Assembly (NCBI GenBank): GCA_049599895.1
Contig: JBMYPC010000054.1
Span: forward strand, 1-19,388
DNA: 19,388 nt
Origin: Bacteriovoracaceae bacterium
GTDB lineage: Bacteria > Bdellovibrionota > Bacteriovoracia > Bacteriovoracales > Bacteriovoracaceae
Direction: 5' to 3'
Positions within the stretch are counted from its first letter, which is position 1. Each line of letters begins with the position of its first letter. The notes below the pieces were generated by a model. It made no database searches. It saw only the letters and a list, made by a program, of their open reading frames with translations, and was not told the origin of the DNA. Positions 16,100-19,388 of the stretch are shown in pieces. A program made the translations under genes and the position numbers.

Positions 16100-17209
16100 A
16101 TGTCGTTAAATTGTGGAATTGTTGGATTACCGAATGTTGGAAAATCGACGCTTTTTAAAGCTGTTACTTCTGCTCCAGCGGAAGCGGCAAACTATCCTTT
16201 TTGTACAATTGAACCCAATGTTGGGATTGTAAATGTTGGTGATGAAAGATTAAAAAAGATTTCAGACATCATTAACCCTGAAAGAGTTGTTCCCACTATC
16301 GTTGAATTTGTTGATATCGCCGGTCTCGTAAAGGGAGCTTCAAAAGGTGAAGGTTTAGGAAACCAATTTTTAGGTCATGTTCGGCAGGTAAATGCCATTA
16401 TTCATGTGGTTCGCTGCTTTGATGATGCTGATGTTGTTCATGTTAACGGTAAAGTTGATCCGATCGATGATGTATCAACTATTAATTTAGAACTTGCATT
16501 TGCTGATCTTGAGGTTGTTGAAAAAAAGATTCAAGCAATCCCTAAAATGATTAAAAGTCATAATAAAGAAATCTCATTAAACGCTAAGGCCTTGGTTCCC
16601 GTTCTTGATAAGCTTAAAGAAGAGCTTGAAAATGGAAAGCCTGCAAGACTTATAGGTCTTAGTGATGATGATAAAGATCTGATTAAAGACTTAAACCTAA
16701 TCACACTAAAAAAGATGCTCTATCTTTGCAATGTGGATGAAGAGGGTCTTTCTGAAGACAATGATTACGTGAAAAAGGTTTTTGAAATCGCAAACTCGGA
16801 AGGTGCTGAAGCAATGAAGATTTGCGGAAAACTTGAATCAGAGATTTCTCTTCTTGATACTGATGAGGAAAAAGCGGAGTTTATGGAAGCGGTTGGTATT
16901 GAAGAGTCTGGATTATCGATTCTTACCAAAAGAGCCTATCATATGCTTGGTTACAGAACTTATTTTACAGCCGGAGTCAAAGAAGTTCGAGCTTGGACCT
17001 TCAAAGAGGGGGCCACTGCTCCTGAGGCCGCTGGTGTGATTCATACCGACTTTCAAAAAGGTTTCATTAAAGCGGAGACCTTTCATTGTGATGATCTTTT
17101 TCAATTTGGTTCAGAGGCCAAGGTAAAAGAAAATGGAAAACTTCGCATTGAAGGGAAAGAGTACATCGTTAAAGATGGCGATGTGATGCACTTTAAATTC
17201 AATGTTTAG
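16100..17209 (+). CDS. ychF: Ribosome-binding ATPase YchF (Obg family)
   Basis: GIVGLPNVGKST, ANYPFCTIEPN, DIAGLVKGASKGEGLGNQFL, TYFTAG..EVRAWT, C-terminal EGKEYIVKDGDVMHFKFNV. Confidence 0.98.
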   Translation: MSLNCGIVGLPNVGKSTLFKAVTSAPAEAANYPFCTIEPNVGIVNVGDERLKKISDIINPERVVPTIVEFVDIAGLVKGASKGEGLGNQFLGHVRQVNAIIHVVRCFDDADVVHVNGKVDPIDDVSTINLELAFADLEVVEKKIQAIPKMIKSHNKEISLNAKALVPVLDKLKEELENGKPARLIGLSDDDKDLIKDLNLITLKKMLYLCNVDEEGLSEDNDYVKKVFEIANSEGAEAMKICGKLESEISLLDTDEEKAEFMEAVGIEESGLSILTKRAYHMLGYRTYFTAGVKEVRAWTFKEGATAPEAAGVIHTDFQKGFIKAETFHCDDLFQFGSEAKVKENGKLRIEGKEYIVKDGDVMHFKFNV

Positions 17210-17931
17210 TACTTATCAGCTTTCTTTGAAAGCTCAATGATCTTTTTCAAGGTCTCTAGCTGACCAGAGAACTCACCAAGTTGTCCCTGAAGTTCATTTT
17301 TCTGGTCATCGAGCATTCTTACAGTGTCGGATTCGCTATTGCTGCTAAAGAGTGCATAAGGGATTGAAAGACTTACTGTTAGAGCGTAGAGAGCTGTCTT
17401 GTAGCGACTTCCCCATTTTTTTAACTTAAAGAAATCAGAGTTTTCAAGCATTTGAGCTTTTAATGACTCTTTAAGCATTCTTTGCTGGGCTTTTAAGATA
17501 TCGTCATCAAATCCAAAACGCTCAACGAGGATTGCTCTTTTTGATTCAAAGAGAACATCAACTTGCTTGGCGACTGTGGCATCAATTGTCTTCATGGCAA
17601 ACTTGCCTTTGATGAATTGGAGAGTTGTGAGAACTTTCCCAAGGCTGATGATCCCACTCACAACCCAGGTTGGAACATAGGTATAGAGTTTATCTTTATC
17701 AGCTTCTTCAATGGCTTGGTTAAGAGCTTGGACGTATTGAGTTGAAAGATCTAGGAGTTCATCGGAGTCGGCTTCTTGAAGGTTTTCAGCATTTTCAATG
17801 ATCCCGGGAATGTTCATCTTTTCAATTTTTGTTTGAATCTCATTGACTTTATCAAGGGCCGTTTTTGCGTGGGCATTAGTGAGAAAAAGAGAAGAAATCA
17901 TGAGGGCGATAGAGAGTTTCTTTAAAAACAC
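17206..17931 (-). CDS. Hypothetical exported helical protein with two internal hydrophobic segments
   Basis: GGAG lies 6 nt before GTG at 17931, giving a clean signal peptide MFLKKLSIALMISSLFLTNAHA (241 aa). The ORF-track TTG start at 17985 is probably too long. Confidence 0.75.
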   Translation of the reverse strand: MFLKKLSIALMISSLFLTNAHAKTALDKVNEIQTKIEKMNIPGIIENAENLQEADSDELLDLSTQYVQALNQAIEEADKDKLYTYVPTWVVSGIISLGKVLTTLQFIKGKFAMKTIDATVAKQVDVLFESKRAILVERFGFDDDILKAQQRMLKESLKAQMLENSDFFKLKKWGSRYKTALYALTVSLSIPYALFSSNSESDTVRMLDDQKNELQGQLGEFSGQLETLKKIIELSKKADKY

Positions 17932-18018
17932 GACGGACTCCAAGAAGTAAATTGAGATGCCGAATCTAACAGATCCACTCCCCAACTTGGTAAAAATTGT
18001 TAAATTTACAAGGTTCCC

Positions 18019-18207
18019 AAAAAGTGCCCAAAAAGTGCCAGGTACTTTTAAGTGTTTGTAAGAATTGCAATTGATTCAATCGCGAAATTAGGATCTTAAA
18101 CAGGCTGGTCTTAAGTAGACCGCTCGAATCAATTATAACTTGTTTAAATATGGTTCCAGGTCTGACATTTTCTAAAAAGTACCTGGCACTTTTTAGTGGC
18201 ACTTTTT
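18019..18207. repeat. Inverted pair of palindromic REP-like repeats (REPIN/MITE-like element)
   Basis: AAAAAGTGCCAGGTACTTTT (18030-18049) and its exact reverse complement (18175-18194), each with an outer partial copy: AAAAAGTGCC (18019-18028) and GGCACTTTTT (18198-18207). Confidence 0.85.
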
Positions 18208-19388
18208 AGATTCCGTAAGAATCAATTTTGAAAGATTCATCTATTTTTTTGAATGGTGACTTTTCTTTAGAGAGCATCTTATAGAAAAAGAGGTTTCGAT
18301 AAATGAGTTTTACATAATTTTGAGTCTCGGTGAATGGGATTGATTCAACGAGAAGCAGTGGGTCTTCACTTTTAAAAACACTTTTTTTCCAGCGCTTTAC
18401 TCTACCTTCTCCGGCATTGTAAGCCGCAAGTGCGTAAATTAAGTTGCCGCTATACTTTTTAATGAGCTTCTTGAAATATTTCACGCCGATTTTAATGTTT
18501 AGACTTGGGCTTTCAAGCTTGCTTGCCGGGAGTCTTTTATAATACTGCCTTGCTGTTTGAGGCATGATTTGCATAAGACCTCTTGCTCCAACACGAGACT
18601 TCGCCTTGGGGTTAAAGGCAGACTCTTGTCTTATCAGTGAGAGGAAAACATCGGAGTCGATATTATCTGCAAGCTTTTCGATAAATTGATCATATCGTGT
18701 TGGAAAGAGCATTGCGAGAAGTCTTTGGTTGACTGGAAGGATGTCTCTATTAAGCGCTCTGTAATAAATTTTGAAGCTACTGAGATAGTCATGGTTTGAA
18801 TTGAGTTTTGAAATAAGTGAGTAGTAGCGGTTGGCTGCAGAGTTATTGGGGTTATTCTTAAAGAACTTATCTCCAGAGGGAATTTGTTCAAGTTGATTAA
18901 AGGCGTAGAGATCAGCTTTTAAGGATTTGAAAACTTTGTAGAGATTAAACTTTGTGTCTCCATCTTTGGTGAAGTCAATGTTCATAAATTCAGAGCCTTT
19001 AGGCAAAGACATAGTGGCGAGAATTTTCTTTCCCTCTGACGAGTCAAGATTAGCAAGTTCGTTCTTTGAGAGAATGGAGTAGTAGTTTAGAGGACTTGAA
19101 AGAATAATGTTCTTATAGATTTGCTTTGCTCTTTCGGTATTTCCAAAGTGTTTATAGAGATGGGCCATCCAAAACTGAAGTTTTGAGTAACCAACATACT
19201 TATTGGAGTCAATTCTTTCTTCTTGAGCAAACTTAAAGGCTTCCTTGTATTGTTCATTAACAAGATAACTCCAAATTATTGAGAAGATAGAATCTTCATG
19301 TTGCTCTTTATTCCCAATTAATGAATTAAATTTGAAAATCTCACGGGCTTCATTGAAGTGCTCATGATAAGCAAAAGACTTTGCCATG
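18206..19388 (-). CDS. Soluble lytic murein transglycosylase (Slt70-like, TPR-like + SLT domain); 5' end outside window
   Basis: IRQESAFNP (catalytic Glu), GARGLMQIMPQTA, AAYNAGEGRV, IPFTETQNYV; upstream helical repeats. No signal peptide at Met 19387, so it is probably an internal Met. Confidence 0.93.
   Translation of the reverse strand, partial: MAKSFAYHEHFNEAREIFKFNSLIGNKEQHEDSIFSIIWSYLVNEQYKEAFKFAQEERIDSNKYVGYSKLQFWMAHLYKHFGNTERAKQIYKNIILSSPLNYYSILSKNELANLDSSEGKKILATMSLPKGSEFMNIDFTKDGDTKFNLYKVFKSLKADLYAFNQLEQIPSGDKFFKNNPNNSAANRYYSLISKLNSNHDYLSSFKIYYRALNRDILPVNQRLLAMLFPTRYDQFIEKLADNIDSDVFLSLIRQESAFNPKAKSRVGARGLMQIMPQTARQYYKRLPASKLESPSLNIKIGVKYFKKLIKKYSGNLIYALAAYNAGEGRVKRWKKSVFKSEDPLLLVESIPFTETQNYVKLIYRNLFFYKMLSKEKSPFKKIDESFKIDSYGI

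Noticed and set aside
17932..17985. N-terminal extension from the TTG start at 17985
   Set aside because: GTG at 17931 has a well-spaced GGAG and gives a canonical signal peptide.
17966..18202. 78-aa minus-strand ORF across the repeat element
   Set aside because: It is a translation of the repeats (KSARYF, KSTWHF), has no RBS and no transposase motifs; probably spurious.
18016..18207. CRISPR array or complete IS element
   Set aside because: The repeats are inverted rather than direct with unique spacers; no cas or transposase gene is present.
19385..19387. Met at 19387 as the true start of the lytic transglycosylase
   Set aside because: It sits at the window edge, and the protein lacks the signal peptide expected of an Slt; the gene very likely extends beyond the window.

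Overview
AT-rich, gene-dense bacterial chromosomal window that is mostly housekeeping and cell-envelope genes. Gene order and the secreted hypothetical proteins suggest a Bdellovibrionota-type genome (Bacteriovoracales/Halobacteriovorax-like); this is inference, not a database result. From left to right: a minus-strand run (FadL/PorV-like OM barrel, CFI-box-CTERM protein, lptG/F-family permease, ArnT-like glycosyltransferase, def, fmt, partial rpe); galU plus two secreted hypothetical proteins; a convergent OM beta-barrel; a class A PBP; tRNA-Gln(TTG)-prs-pth-ychF with no rplY; a secreted helical hypothetical; a ~190-bp element bounded by inverted palindromic REP-like repeats; and a partial Slt-type lytic transglycosylase. 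No CRISPR array, transposase, integrase or phage gene is visible. Best leads: (1) the REPIN/MITE-like element at 18019-18207; (2) the coupled barrel / CFI-box-CTERM / LptG / ArnT-like envelope cluster, whose glycosyltransferase has altered catalytic acidic residues; (3) the 763-aa secreted protein with charge-blocked and prion-like tails behind a possible sigma-28 promoter. None of these is proven to be a new system from sequence alone.
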